Shown here one piece after another: positions 7,659 through 16,200 of a stretch of DNA of 24,000 nucleotides; position 1 is the first letter of the stretch, and each line of letters begins with the position of its first letter. This stretch comes from Pseudescherichia sp. (GTDB lineage: Bacteria; Pseudomonadota; Gammaproteobacteria; Enterobacterales; Enterobacteriaceae), in contig NZ_DALZYX010000001.1 of assembly GCF_031987975.1 (NCBI RefSeq), positions 602,010 to 626,009 on the forward strand, given 5' to 3'. The notes under the pieces were generated by a model that saw only the letters and a list, made by a program, of their open reading frames with translations, had not been told where the DNA came from and searched no databases. The translations under genes were made by a program, and so were the position numbers.

Positions 7659-8411
7659 TTACTGCATGAGGAATTTTTCCAGGAACTGTCGTGTTCGCGG
7701 CTGCTGGGGGTGAGTAAACAGCGATTTGGCTGGTCCCTGCTCCACTATCTTTCCTTGATCCATAAAGATGGCACGATCGGCTACGTCGCGGGCGAAGCTC
7801 ATCTCATGGGTCACAATCACCATGGTGCGTTTCTCCTGCGCCAGCTGGCGAATGGTGTTCAGCACCTCCCCCACCAGCTCGGGATCCAGCGCCGAGGTTG
7901 GTTCATCAAAAAGGATGACATCCGGGCGCATCGCCAGCGCACGGGCGATAGCCACACGCTGCTGCTGCCCGCCGGAGAGGCGTTTCGGATAGCTGGTCTC
8001 TTTGCCGGTTAAGCCCACTTTCGCCAGCAGCTCCCGGGCGCGTGCTTCGGCCTCGGCTTTCGCTTCGCCCTTCACAATCACGGGTCCCTCAATAATATTT
8101 TCCAGTACGGTGCGATGAGGAAAAAGATTAAAGCTCTGGAATACAAAGCCAACGTGCTGGCGCAGCTGGCGGATCTGCCCTTTCTGCTGGCTTAGCGCCC
8201 GCGCCGTATCGATGGTGATGGTGCCAACGCGGATGCTGCCGCTCTCTGGGTGCTCCAGCAGATTAATGCTGCGCAGCAGCGTCGTTTTCCCGGAGCCGCT
8301 GGGACCGATGATCGCCACCACCTCCCCCTCGTTGACCTCTAAATCAATGCCGTGCAGCACCGTCTGGCCGTGAAACTTCTTCACCAGGTTTTTCACTTCA
8401 ATCGCACTCAT
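7659..8411 (-). CDS. tcyN: Cystine ABC transporter ATP-binding protein
   Basis: 250 aa. Walker A GPSGSGKTT, ABC signature LSGGQQQRVAIARAL, Walker B ILFDEPTSALD. Near-identical to E. coli YecC/TcyN. Its start overlaps the tcyL stop by 4 nt. Confidence 0.95.
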   Translation of the reverse strand: MSAIEVKNLVKKFHGQTVLHGIDLEVNEGEVVAIIGPSGSGKTTLLRSINLLEHPESGSIRVGTITIDTARALSQQKGQIRQLRQHVGFVFQSFNLFPHRTVLENIIEGPVIVKGEAKAEAEARARELLAKVGLTGKETSYPKRLSGGQQQRVAIARALAMRPDVILFDEPTSALDPELVGEVLNTIRQLAQEKRTMVIVTHEMSFARDVADRAIFMDQGKIVEQGPAKSLFTHPQQPRTRQFLEKFLMQ

Positions 8412-9076
8412 TTCGGATCGCGCTCCTGACGGTTAAGCTGATTTTCAAAATAGTTCTGCAACGCGGAGAGTACCGTGGCCATCACCCAGTAGATCAGGGA
8501 GGCGGCGAGGTACATGGTAAAGACCTCCAGCGTCCGGGAGGTGATCAGCTGCGCCTGGCGGAACAGCTCTGGCACCTGAATGGTCGCTGCCAGCGAGGTA
8601 TCTTTTACCAGGCTAATGAAGCTGTTGCTCAGCGGCGGCAACGCCACCCTCGCCGCCTGGGGCAGAATGGCGCGGCGCAGGGTTTGCCACGGCGTCATGC
8701 CGATACTGGCCGCGGCCTCCCACTGACCTTTATCAATTGAGGAGATAGCAGCCCGCAGCGTTTCCGAGGTGTAGGCTGCGGTATTAAGCGACAGGCCGAT
8801 CATCGCCGCCGGAATCGGATCCAGCTCGATACCAAACTGCGGCAGACCGTAGTAGATCATAAACAGCTGCGCGATCAGCGGCGTACCGCGAAATATGGAG
8901 ATATAGAAGCGTGCCAGCCAGCGTACCGGCGCGATGGCCGACATCCGCATCAGCGCCAGCACAAAGCCGAGCAGCAGGCCAAAGAACATCCCGCCGATAC
9001 TGAGCTGTAACGTAAATACCGCACCCCGCAGCAGGTACGGCAAAGACTCTATCACCAGTTGTATACTCTCTTGCAT
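8408..9076 (-). CDS. tcyL: Cystine ABC transporter permease
   Basis: 222 aa polar-amino-acid ABC permease with multiple hydrophobic segments (EAA-loop region ...AAASIGMTPWQTLRRAILPQA). Matches E. coli YecS/TcyL in sequence and position. Confidence 0.94.
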   Translation of the reverse strand: MQESIQLVIESLPYLLRGAVFTLQLSIGGMFFGLLLGFVLALMRMSAIAPVRWLARFYISIFRGTPLIAQLFMIYYGLPQFGIELDPIPAAMIGLSLNTAAYTSETLRAAISSIDKGQWEAAASIGMTPWQTLRRAILPQAARVALPPLSNSFISLVKDTSLAATIQVPELFRQAQLITSRTLEVFTMYLAASLIYWVMATVLSALQNYFENQLNRQERDPK

Positions 9077-9097
9077 TATGGTTTTTCTGCCTGATGG

Positions 9098-10084
9098 TTA
9101 AACGTGAGGATGATAGGCAAAGAGCGCAGGCGCGCCGCCGGTATGGATAAACAGGATCGGCCCATGATCTTTGAAACGGTTCTGGCTGATACCATCGATC
9201 AGCCCGGCCATGGCCTTACCGGTATAGACCGGATCCAGCAGAATACCTTCGAGGCGGGCCAGCAGCTTGATGGCCTCCATCCCCTCCTCGTTTGGCGTAC
9301 CGTAGCCGGGAGCGAAGTAGTCATCCCAGAGAGTAATGTCAGCCCTCGCCTCCACGTCCAGCTCACGTGCCACCGCCTGCTGAAGCGTGACCACTTTCGG
9401 TTTCTGCTCGTCACGTTTGCGTGAGACGGTAACGCCAATTAGCTCCGCCTCCGGCATCAGCTGCTCAAGGCCTACCGCCAGCCCGGCATGGGTTCCAGCG
9501 CTGCCAGAGGCCACCACGATCGACGATAGCTCTACCGCCCCTTCACACTGCTGGGCGATCTCCAGCGCACTCTCGACGTAGCCCAGCGCCCCCAGCGCGT
9601 TGGAGCCACCGACCGGAATAACGTAGGGACGAAAACCCTGGGCTTCGATCCGCGTCGCCAGCTCACTCAACTGCGCAACCGGATCGGTCAGAGCGTCGCA
9701 CATCTCAATTTGGGCATTGAAGAGATCCAGCAGCAGCCGGTTGCCGTTAGTAAGATAGTTCTCTGCCCGCGTGGCAATAGGATTCTCCAGCAGCGCCACG
9801 CAGTGCAGGCCGAGCTTTGCCGCCACGGCGGCGGTCTGGCGCACATGGTTTGACTGAATCGCCCCGGCGGTGATCAGCGTGTCGGCCCCCTCCCGCAGCG
9901 CATCGGCGGCGAGAAATTCCAGCTTGCGCAGCTTGTTACCCCCCAGCGCCATCGGCGTCACGTCGTCACGTTTGATGTAGATTTCACGTCCCAGATAGTC
10001 AGAAAAGCGCGGCAAATACTCCAGCGGCGTGGGCGCGCCAATAAATTCGAGGCGCGGAAAGCGGGTCAGGTTTTGCAAAGACAT
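9098..10084 (-). CDS. dcyD: D-cysteine desulfhydrase (PLP-dependent, ACC-deaminase fold)
   Basis: 328 aa from [41 protein letters not shown]... (PLP lysine in [10 protein letters not shown]). The 6-codon upstream extension in the track (to 10102) is not supported by alignment to E. coli DcyD. Confidence 0.94.
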   Translation of the reverse strand: MSLQNLTRFPRLEFIGAPTPLEYLPRFSDYLGREIYIKRDDVTPMALGGNKLRKLEFLAADALREGADTLITAGAIQSNHVRQTAAVAAKLGLHCVALLENPIATRAENYLTNGNRLLLDLFNAQIEMCDALTDPVAQLSELATRIEAQGFRPYVIPVGGSNALGALGYVESALEIAQQCEGAVELSSIVVASGSAGTHAGLAVGLEQLMPEAELIGVTVSRKRDEQKPKVVTLQQAVARELDVEARADITLWDDYFAPGYGTPNEEGMEAIKLLARLEGILLDPVYTGKAMAGLIDGISQNRFKDHGPILFIHTGGAPALFAYHPHV

Positions 10085-10146
10085 AGGGCCTCCGGTGGCC
10101 AATAGTAAACGTGCGTGCTGTTAATTATGTACCTTTAGCGGCAGAA

Positions 10147-10178
10147 ATAAAAAAGGCGCTTAAATAAGCGCCTTTTTA
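10147..10178 (-). terminator. Rho-independent terminator after tcyJ/fliY (palindromic, could act in both directions)
   Basis: GGCGCTT-aaat-AAGCGCC is flanked by A-runs on one side and T-runs on the other. It begins 14 nt downstream of the fliY stop. Confidence 0.8.
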
Positions 10179-10191
10179 TCGCCGGTGAACC

Positions 10192-10992
10192 TTACTTCGT
10201 CACGTCAGCACCGAACCATTTTTCCGACAGCGCTTTCAGGCTGCCATCCTTCTGCATGGCGGCAATGGCGTCATCAACCGCTTTCAGCAGGTCTTCATTA
10301 CCTTTACGCAGCGCCACACCCGCCTCCTGACGGGAGAACGGTTCACCCGCAACCGCCAGCGTATCTTTGGTCTTTTTCACCAGATCCAGCGCCGCCAGAC
10401 GATCCACCAGAATGGCATCGATACGGCCTACGCGCAGATCCTGGTATTTAGTCGGGTCATCATCATAGGTACGGATATCCACGCCCTGCACGTTCTGGCG
10501 CAGCCACTCTTCATAGTTAGTACCCAGACCGACACCGACCTTTTTACCTTTCAGCTCGGCAGCGGTTTTGATCCCGCTCTCGTTGCCCTTTTTCACCAGC
10601 GCCTGGATACCGGAGACGGTGTAAGGGGTAGAGAAGTCATACTTTTTCTTACGCTCGTCGGAGATAGTGACCTGGTTGATCACCACGTCGATGCGTTTGG
10701 AATCCAGCGAGGCCAGCATCCCGTCCCACTTGGTGGGCTTCAGCGAGGCTTTAACGCCGAGGTGTTTTGCCAGTTCGTTTGCAAACTCCACTTCAAAACC
10801 GGTGAGCTTGCCGTCATCGCCCTGATAGCTGAACGGCGGATACGTTCCTTCCAACCCTACCAGCAGCGTACCGCGCTCTTTGACTTTATTCAGCAGGCCT
10901 TCATCAGCGAAGGATTTCGCGCTTACGCCTGCCATCAGCGCAACAGCCATCACACCCATCAGCGCCTGACGACCCAAAAGTGCTAATTTCAT
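10192..10992 (-). CDS. tcyJ: Periplasmic cystine-binding protein (FliY/TcyJ)
   Basis: 266 aa from MKLALLGRQALMGVMAVALMAGVSAKSFA (signal peptide). Near-identical to E. coli FliY. The track ORF start at 11046 is an unsupported 18-codon extension. Confidence 0.95.
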   Translation of the reverse strand: MKLALLGRQALMGVMAVALMAGVSAKSFADEGLLNKVKERGTLLVGLEGTYPPFSYQGDDGKLTGFEVEFANELAKHLGVKASLKPTKWDGMLASLDSKRIDVVINQVTISDERKKKYDFSTPYTVSGIQALVKKGNESGIKTAAELKGKKVGVGLGTNYEEWLRQNVQGVDIRTYDDDPTKYQDLRVGRIDAILVDRLAALDLVKKTKDTLAVAGEPFSRQEAGVALRKGNEDLLKAVDDAIAAMQKDGSLKALSEKWFGADVTK

Positions 10993-11081
10993 AGTTACCC
11001 CGAATATGATAATAGATTGCAGGTAGTGTAAGGTGCTGACCCACAAGGTACAAACACCTGTACGCTACATATTATTCACTT

Positions 11082-11633
11082 TTAATATATATCAGAAGTT
11101 GCGCCGGAGGCGATTTTCTGACTGGTCATAAAGTGCGACTGGGCTTTGAATTGCGCATACTTGCGCAGGGCGATCCGGTAATTATTGGTGCTGGTGGTAG
11201 GCAGCCACGGCTCCAGAACTTCATCCAGAAAACCGTCTTCAAGCTGGTCGGGGGTAATACGGTGGGCGGCCAGATGATTGCCGAGGCGGCGCAGGCGTAC
11301 AACATACTCACGCACCGTGCCGTGGCTCATCTCGGTTTGCTCAAACAGATACTGTTTAAAGCCGATAATATCAAAAAAGTCGCTCTGCTCTTTGCAGTGC
11401 AGATCGCCGCAGAAACGGCACAGGGCGACCCACTCTTTCTGCTCCTGCTCCCAGCCTGCGTCGTCCAGAAGCGTGTCGAGGCGCGAGATAGCAATTTTGT
11501 TGACGATTTCGCCCCGGCGCACCAGCGTGATGCGGTCGAGTAGCTTATGGCAATGGGCGCAATGCGTCTGGCTGTGTTTAAAGTCTTTCAGATAGCGGCT
11601 TAGTGGCCGTCTTTTTACTTGCAGCACCGTCAT
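11082..11633 (-). CDS. fliZ: Flagellar regulatory protein FliZ
   Basis: 183 aa, ...RRPLSRYLKDFKHSQTHCAHCHKLLDRITLVRRG...TNNYRIALRKY. Matches E. coli FliZ. Positioned between fliA and fliY as in the fliAZY operon. Confidence 0.94.
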   Translation of the reverse strand: MTVLQVKRRPLSRYLKDFKHSQTHCAHCHKLLDRITLVRRGEIVNKIAISRLDTLLDDAGWEQEQKEWVALCRFCGDLHCKEQSDFFDIIGFKQYLFEQTEMSHGTVREYVVRLRRLGNHLAAHRITPDQLEDGFLDEVLEPWLPTTSTNNYRIALRKYAQFKAQSHFMTSQKIASGATSDIY

Positions 11634-11672
11634 GATAACTCCTGGTTGTCAATACGTTGTGCGACATCGTTC

Positions 11673-11693
11673 AGGCAGCACGCATTGCTGCCT
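11673..11693 (-). other. Intercistronic hairpin at the fliA stop codon (fliA-fliZ junction)
   Basis: AGGCAGCA (11673-11680) and TGCTGCCT (11686-11693) form an 8-bp stem with a 5-nt loop. It overlaps the fliA TAG and has no U-tract, so it is more likely a processing, stability or partial-attenuation element than a full terminator. Confidence 0.35.
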
Positions 11694-12411
11694 ATAACTT
11701 ACCCAGTTTGGTACGTAAGCGTTTTATGGCCTGGCTATGAAGCTGGCTGACCCGCGACTCTCCGACGTCCAGCACCGCGCCGATCTCTTTGAGATTCAGC
11801 TCTTCCTGGTAGTAGAGCGTCAATACCAGTTGCTCACGCTCCGGCAAGGCTTCGATCGCCTCCATCACGCGATGACGAAGATTGCTCTCCAGCAGCTGAT
11901 GTAACGGGTTCTCCCGCTGGTGATCGTCAGTCACCAGCTCAATGCTATCGCCATGCTCTTCCCGCCACTCGTCGTAGGAGAAGAGTTGGCTATTATTGGT
12001 GTCGAGCAACATCTGACGATACTCTTCTACAGAAATATTGAGCCGCTGCGCAACTTCGGTTTCCGTTGCGTTACGACCTAACTCCTGCTCCAGCTGGCCC
12101 ATTGCCTGCGCCGCTTCGCGGGCATTACGCCGGACGCTGCGTGGCACCCAGTCGCGGCTGCGCAGCTCGTCCAGCATCGCCCCACGAATACGCTGTACTG
12201 CGTAAGTGGTAAATGCCGTTCCTTGCAGAGCGTCGTACCGGTCAACTGCATTCAATAACCCGATACCGCCCGCCTGTAGCAGATCGTCCAGTTCCACACT
12301 CGCCGGCAAGCGCACCTGCAGGCGCAATGCTTCGTGACGCACTAGCGGTACATAACGTTGCCACAGCGAGTGTTTATCCATTACACCTTCAGCGGTATAC
12401 ATTGAATTCAC
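11692..12411 (-). CDS. fliA: Flagellar sigma factor sigma28 (FliA)
   Basis: 239 aa with a GTG start (GTGAATTCAATGTATACC, as in E. coli). MNSMYTAEGVMDKHSLWQRYVPLVRHEALRLQVRLPASVELDDLLQAGGIGLL... is near-identical to E. coli FliA. Confidence 0.97.
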   Translation of the reverse strand: MNSMYTAEGVMDKHSLWQRYVPLVRHEALRLQVRLPASVELDDLLQAGGIGLLNAVDRYDALQGTAFTTYAVQRIRGAMLDELRSRDWVPRSVRRNAREAAQAMGQLEQELGRNATETEVAQRLNISVEEYRQMLLDTNNSQLFSYDEWREEHGDSIELVTDDHQRENPLHQLLESNLRHRVMEAIEALPEREQLVLTLYYQEELNLKEIGAVLDVGESRVSQLHSQAIKRLRTKLGKL

Positions 12412-12435
12412 GATAAACAGCCCTGCGTTAAATGA

Positions 12436-12443
12436 GTTATCGG
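12436..12443 (-). promoter_or_regulatory. sigma28-type -10 element (GCCGATAA) of the fliA autoregulated promoter
   Basis: The minus strand reads ...TCCAGAAT-cggataatcat-GCCGATAACTCATTTAACGCAGGGCTGTTTATCGTG(start). The -10 is a perfect consensus and the -35 matches about 4 of 8 to TAAAGTTT. Further upstream, AAATAACC resembles a FlhDC half-site. Confidence 0.6.
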
Positions 12444-12528
12444 CATGATTATCCGATTCTGGAGGGGTTTTAATCGGATGAATAGTGGGTGAAATGGGGG
12501 GTTATTTAGAGTTATAGATGAACAGGCA

Positions 12529-12555
12529 TAAAAAAACCCCGCCGGAGCGGGGTTT
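12529..12555 (-). terminator. Rho-independent terminator of fliC
   Basis: The minus strand has CCCCGC-tccg-GCGGGG followed by T7, beginning about 17 nt after the fliC stop. Confidence 0.85.
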
Positions 12556-12571
12556 AGGCAAGCGGTGCGAA

Positions 12572-13654
12572 TTAACGCAGCAGGGACAGCATGGTCTGCG
12601 GAACCTGGTTGGCCTGCGCCAGTACGGAAGAGCCAGCCTGCTGCAGGATCTGCGCGCGGGACATGTTGGACACTTCGGTCGCGTAGTCGGAGTCCTGAAT
12701 ACGGCTGCGAGCAGAAGATAGGTTGCTCACGGTGTTGTTCAGGTTGGTGATGGTGGATTCGAAACGGTTCTGGGAAGCACCCAGCAGGCTACGCTGAGAA
12801 TCTACGGATTTAATAGCTTCGTCGATATCTGCCAGCGGCGTGCTGCCATCAGCTTTACCGTCGGCGCCGACTTTACCTTTTAATACGTCAAAACCTTCGG
12901 CTGCAACAGTACGGGCATTACCATTTACCGCTTCGTTTGCATCGGTAGATGCTTTCAGTGCATCATCGTAATCAGTTTGTGCAGTTGCAAGTGCTTGTTT
13001 TTTAGTATCGTCGGTAGGAGCTGCTTCAAAATCTTTTTTAGCTGTATCAACAGCATCTTTAGCATCTTTCAGATCTTCTGTCGTGGTAAATGCGTAGGTG
13101 TTGATAGATTCAGAAGAAGTATTGTCTGAACCAGCAGTCGCCAAGTTCCAGCCAGCGCTTGAGCTGATAGCAATGCTGATCTGCTCGTTGTCTTTCGAAC
13201 CTACCTGGAAATCATAGTTGGTTTTGTCCGCTGTACGGTTATCCAGAACTTTAATACCGTTAAAGTCAGTCTGTTTGGTTACGCGGTTAATCTCTTCCAT
13301 ACGCTGGTTAACTTCAGACTGGATAGAGTCAATGTCGGAAGCAGAGTTAGAGCTGTTCTGCGCCTGAACGGTCAGGTCACGTACACGCTGCAGGTTGTTG
13401 TTGATCTCGGACAGCGCGCCTTCAGCGGTCTGTGCCAGAGAGATACCGTCGTTGGCGTTACGGGCAGCAACGTTCAGGCCGTTGATGTTGGAGGTGAAGC
13501 GGTTAGCGATCGCCTGGCCAGCAGCGTCGTCTTTCGCGCTGTTGATACGCAGACCGGAAGAGAGGCGCTCGATAGCAGTGCCCAGAGAGGACTGAGATTT
13601 AGTCAGGTTGTTCTGAGTCGTCAGCGACAGGGTGTTAGTATTGATAACAGCCAT
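12572..13654 (-). CDS. fliC: Flagellin (short form, 360 aa)
   Basis: Conserved D0/D1 termini (MAVINTNTLSLTTQNNLTKSQSSLGTAIERLSSGLRINSAKDDAAGQAIANRFTSNI... and ...RSRIQDSDYATEVSNMSRAQILQQAGSSVLAQANQVPQTMLSLLR) flank a compact variable centre. A sigma28 promoter lies upstream and a terminator downstream. Confidence 0.97.
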   Translation of the reverse strand: MAVINTNTLSLTTQNNLTKSQSSLGTAIERLSSGLRINSAKDDAAGQAIANRFTSNINGLNVAARNANDGISLAQTAEGALSEINNNLQRVRDLTVQAQNSSNSASDIDSIQSEVNQRMEEINRVTKQTDFNGIKVLDNRTADKTNYDFQVGSKDNEQISIAISSSAGWNLATAGSDNTSSESINTYAFTTTEDLKDAKDAVDTAKKDFEAAPTDDTKKQALATAQTDYDDALKASTDANEAVNGNARTVAAEGFDVLKGKVGADGKADGSTPLADIDEAIKSVDSQRSLLGASQNRFESTITNLNNTVSNLSSARSRIQDSDYATEVSNMSRAQILQQAGSSVLAQANQVPQTMLSLLR

Positions 13655-13721
13655 GATTGAATTCCTTTAAAAAGTTGTCTGAGTCAGGCATCTGCCTACG
13701 GCTTTCTCGCCGTTGATGTGA

Positions 13722-13748
13722 TTATCGACCGCCCTCGCATAACCTTTA
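13722..13748 (-). promoter_or_regulatory. sigma28 (class 3) promoter of fliC
   Basis: The minus strand has TAAAGGTT (13741-13748), an 11-nt spacer and GTCGATAA (13722-13729). The consensus is TAAAGTTT-N11-GCCGATAA. Confidence 0.85.
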
Positions 13749-13830
13749 GAAAAAATATTCGCTTTTTTAAAAGCGCAAACTGCCTGGTTTTTCCCCGCTT
13801 TATTTCGCCATTGTTTTTTGTAAAACACTC

Positions 13831-13857
13831 TAATCTTTTTGCTGTCGCTGCCGATAG
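13831..13857 (+). promoter_or_regulatory. sigma28 promoter of fliDST
   Basis: TAATCTTT (13831-13838), an 11-nt spacer and GCCGATAG (13850-13857), about 38 nt upstream of the fliD ATG. Confidence 0.75.
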
Positions 13858-13894
13858 TGCATCCAGTGATTGTCTTAAATTGAGGGATGTTATT

Positions 13895-15307
13895 ATGGCA
13901 ACAGTAAGTTCGCTCGGCGCGGGCACCAGCATGAGTTCATCGCTGAGTACGTTATATGATGGGCTGGAGTCTTCAGAACAGACCCGGTTAACGCCTATTA
14001 CACAGCAGCAATCGTCATATAAAGCCAAACTTACCGCCTGGGGCGTGGTGCAGACATCGTTGACCAAGCTGCAGACAGCAGCGGACGCGTTAAAAGATAC
14101 CTCAGCCATCGCTTCGGCCAAGGTCTCCAGCACCAATACCGCGTTCAGCGCGACGCTGGCCAACAGCGCTACGGCGGGAACCTACTCCGTAGAGGTCACC
14201 CAGCTAGCCACCTCGCAGTCGCTGCTCAGCCCGAAAGCAAGCAGTAAAGATACCGACCTCGGCGACAGCAGCCTCAGCTCGCGAACAATCACTATCACCC
14301 AGCCAGGCCAGGACGATCCGCTGACGGTAACGCTGGCCAGCGATAAAACCAGCCTTGCGGACGTTCGCGATGCGATCAACGCCAAACAGGGCAGCGTCAC
14401 CGCCAGCATCATTAAAGCAGATGATGACAGCTACTACCTGGCGCTAACCTCACGTGACAGCGGCACGGCCAACGCAATGACCATCAGCACTGACGACAGC
14501 AAGCTGGCGAAGTACATCAGCTATGACGCGACTGACAGTTCGAAGAGCACGATGACCCAGCAGGTGGCGGCGAAGGATGCTATTGTTGACATTAATGGCA
14601 TCACCATCACCCGCAGCAGCAACACCATTACCGATGCGCCAGAGGGCGTGACCCTGTCGCTGACCAAAACCAACGTCGGCAGTCCGGAGACGCTGTCGGT
14701 AGTAAAAGATAATGCCCCAATGACGGCGGCGATTCAGGCCTACGTTGATGCCTATAACTCGCTGCAGACCACCATCAGCAACCAGACCAAATATACGTCA
14801 GTAGACCAAGGCAGCGACAGTCAGAGCACCTCAAACGGGGATCTGCTCGGCGACGGCACCCTGCGTAATATCCAGACGCGCCTGCGCTCTCTGCTCTCCA
14901 CTACTCAGGGAAGTGGAGCTATCTCTACCCTGTCGCAGATGGGCATTACCCAGGATCTCAGCGGCAAGCTAACCGTGGACAGCACTAAGCTGAACAAAGC
15001 GCTGAACGAATCTCCGACCGACGTGCTGACCTTTCTCTCCGGCGACGGTAAAACCACCGGTTTTGCCACCCAGGCTAGCAGCCAGCTAGAGGATATTCTG
15101 GGCACCGACGGCACGCTGAAAAGCGCCACGGACGGGATAAATAAAACCCTGAAGCGGCTTTCAGATAAGTACGACCAGGTAAACGATCAGATTACCGCGA
15201 CGATGGCACGTTACAAGGCGCAGTTTACTAGCCTGAGCACGCTGATGTCGTCCCTGGACTCCACGGCCAGCTACCTGACCCAGCAGTTCAATGCCATAAA
15301 CAGCTAA
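13895..15307 (+). CDS. fliD: Flagellar filament cap protein FliD
   Basis: 470 aa from MATVSSLGAGTSMSS... with SD GAGGGA at 13882-13887. The C terminus ...RYKAQFTSLSTLMSSLDSTASYLTQQF is collinear with E. coli FliD. The track ORF start (13718) runs through the promoter region and is rejected. Confidence 0.95.
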   Translation: MATVSSLGAGTSMSSSLSTLYDGLESSEQTRLTPITQQQSSYKAKLTAWGVVQTSLTKLQTAADALKDTSAIASAKVSSTNTAFSATLANSATAGTYSVEVTQLATSQSLLSPKASSKDTDLGDSSLSSRTITITQPGQDDPLTVTLASDKTSLADVRDAINAKQGSVTASIIKADDDSYYLALTSRDSGTANAMTISTDDSKLAKYISYDATDSSKSTMTQQVAAKDAIVDINGITITRSSNTITDAPEGVTLSLTKTNVGSPETLSVVKDNAPMTAAIQAYVDAYNSLQTTISNQTKYTSVDQGSDSQSTSNGDLLGDGTLRNIQTRLRSLLSTTQGSGAISTLSQMGITQDLSGKLTVDSTKLNKALNESPTDVLTFLSGDGKTTGFATQASSQLEDILGTDGTLKSATDGINKTLKRLSDKYDQVNDQITATMARYKAQFTSLSTLMSSLDSTASYLTQQFNAINS

Positions 15308-15329
15308 TGAGTAATGATTGAGGTTTGAC

Positions 15330-15740
15330 ATGTATACAAAATCGGGAACACAGGCTTATGCCCAGGTCGGCGTTGAAAGCGCCGTTCTGAGTGCCAGCCC
15401 ACATCAGCTGGTGGTCCTGCTGTTTGATGGCGCGTTAAGCGCCATGAAAAAAGCAGCCATCCTGATCGATCAGGGAGACATTCCCGGTAAAGGCCAGGCG
15501 TTGTCAAAAGCCGTCAACATCATCACCAATGGCTTACGCGCAGGGCTTAACCACGACGTCGGTGGTGACCTTGCGTCAAACCTGGACAGCCTTTATGACT
15601 ATATGACACGGCGTCTACTCCATGCCAATCTGCATAACGATCTTGCCGCCATTGATGAGGTCATGACCCTACTGACCAACATCGCAGATGCCTGGAAAGA
15701 GATTGGTCCCAACAATCAAAATGCACGAGACACCTACTAA
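15330..15740 (+). CDS. fliS: Flagellin-specific export chaperone FliS
   Basis: 136 aa from MYTKSGTQAYAQVGVESAV... (E. coli: MYAAKGTQAYAQIGVESAV...). SD GAGG at 15320-15323. The TTG at 15318 in the track is unlikely. Confidence 0.94.
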   Translation: MYTKSGTQAYAQVGVESAVLSASPHQLVVLLFDGALSAMKKAAILIDQGDIPGKGQALSKAVNIITNGLRAGLNHDVGGDLASNLDSLYDYMTRRLLHANLHNDLAAIDEVMTLLTNIADAWKEIGPNNQNARDTY

Positions 15741-16099
15741 TGGAAGCCGATTTCGGGTTGCTTCACCACTATCAGCAGCTGCTGCTGACTAGCAATATGA
15801 TGCTCAGCCTCGCGAAAGAGGGGCGTTGGGATGAGTTGATCCAGCATGAGCTGAGTTATATTTCCGCCGTAGAAAAACTGACCCAGCTTCAGGATACGGC
15901 AGATACCGCGGCAACTATTCAGGGGCTGCTCCGCCCCCTGTTAAAGCAGATCCTCGATAACGAAGTGGAGCTTAAAACGCTGCTGCACATGCGCATGGAA
16001 GAACTACGCACCCTGGTCGGGCAAACATCCCGCCAGCACAACCTGAATTCAACCTATGGACGTCTCTCTGGTAATATCCTTTTTCCAAGCGAGCTGTGA
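15740..16099 (+). CDS. fliT: Flagellar chaperone / anti-FlhDC factor FliT
   Basis: 119 aa. The ATG overlaps the fliS stop (TAATG). Its position and the motif ...LLRPLLKQILDNEVELKTLLHMRMEELRTLVGQ parallel E. coli FliT ([26 protein letters not shown]). Confidence 0.9.
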   Translation: MEADFGLLHHYQQLLLTSNMMLSLAKEGRWDELIQHELSYISAVEKLTQLQDTADTAATIQGLLRPLLKQILDNEVELKTLLHMRMEELRTLVGQTSRQHNLNSTYGRLSGNILFPSEL

Positions 16100-16113
16100 A
16101 ATCTGCCGCCTGC

Positions 16114-16148
16114 AAGCGGGTGATATTTTTTAACGCCCCCACCCGCTT
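16114..16148 (+). terminator. Possible weak terminator or attenuator hairpin after fliT
   Basis: AAGCGGGTG (16114-16122) pairs with CACCCGCTT (16140-16148) across a 17-nt T-rich loop. An alternative small stem CCGC/GCGG is followed by GTGATATTTTTT. Neither is a textbook terminator, so read-through into amyA is plausible. Confidence 0.3.
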
Positions 16149-16200
16149 CGTTCTCTAATTTTCATCCATACTTCAAGTTCCTTACTCTGGAGCATGGTCG

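Noticed and set aside
13696-14163. 155-aa minus-strand ORF spanning the fliC/fliD intergenic region, and the 59-codon N-terminal extension of fliD (13718-13894).
   Set aside because: Both run through the two sigma28 promoters. The fliD extension has no counterpart in FliD homologues, and a good SD plus ATG at 13895 matches the conserved MA(S/T)(I/V)SSLG start.
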